This document shows, in pieces, positions 63,805 to 64,000 of a stretch of DNA of 64,000 nt. The notes under the pieces were generated by a model, which saw only the letters and a list, made by a program, of their open reading frames with translations, was not told where the DNA came from and searched no databases. Location: positions 103,132 through 167,131 of the forward strand of contig JAQCIU010000001.1 of assembly GCA_027593235.1 (NCBI GenBank). The letters run 5' to 3'. The translations under genes were made by a program, and so were the position numbers. This stretch comes from Chloroflexota bacterium (GTDB lineage: Bacteria > Chloroflexota > Dehalococcoidia > UBA2979). Each line of letters starts with the position of its first letter. Position 1 is the stretch's first letter.

Positions 63805-64000
63805 CGGATGCTCCTCGCTGCGAGGTGATGGTGTGCTCCGCCGATCGGCGCGTCAAGCATTACAGGTGTTGGGTTGCCTCCGCGGTTCGCTGGGCGATCG
63901 ATTGCCCTCGGAGGGTCGGGGCTTGCCTTCTGCGGTGACGATGCTGGCCCGGAAGATTCCACCCCCCCCGCCCGAAGTCGTTGAGGAGGTTGTACCCCCT

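Overview
This is a GC-rich bacterial chromosomal segment. Codon third positions are almost all G/C, and gene content looks Actinobacteria- or Chloroflexi-like. I count about 55 protein genes on both strands and saw no rRNA, tRNA or CRISPR array. All calls come from reading the supplied translations and DNA by eye for motifs, signal peptides, SD sites and third-position GC. No searches were run.

Recognisable content:
- A 5'-truncated ECF sigma factor, a PadR plus membrane-sensor cassette, and tag.
- A TPP riboswitch controlling a ykoF-like/thiXYZ-type pyrimidine salvage transporter.
- An M1 aminopeptidase, MFS transporters, and a LuxR-TPR regulator divergent from a TcuA-like flavoprotein.
- LOG, LLM oxidoreductase, macro-domain and flippase-like genes.
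- A stand-alone long-form S14 gene.
- An IS110-family element.
- aroG-type DAHP synthase and gpmA.
- A GT39 glycosyltransferase beside secreted proteins.
- A PQQ-type dehydrogenase followed by a copper-delivery cluster (SCO, PCuAC, CtaG).
- A sugar-kinase/LysE/amidohydrolase/SelA-like cluster.
- ggt, hicAB, and enoyl-CoA hydratase/DinB/nitronate monooxygenase.

The most interesting locus is a lower-GC island at about 29.86-33.09 kb. It has a long structured leader, two paralogous TasA/camelysin-like proteins with SipW-type signal peptides, a two-TM DUF5305-like protein and a membrane-anchored FN3 protein. No cognate signal peptidase is in the window. The second TasA-like gene switches frame and runs without a stop into the next gene.

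A window-wide oddity is the density of gene lesions:
- Two in-frame TAG codons, in a GT-C glycosyltransferase and a ctaG paralog.
- One TGA at codon 3 of hicA.
- At least three frame switches.
- Two or three genes whose conserved N-termini have no ATG/GTG/TTG but do have SD-spaced ATC or CTG codons.

Other structure includes a split duplication flanking the PadR cassette, tandem putative PadR operators, a perfect 26-bp palindrome, and several short tandem repeats.
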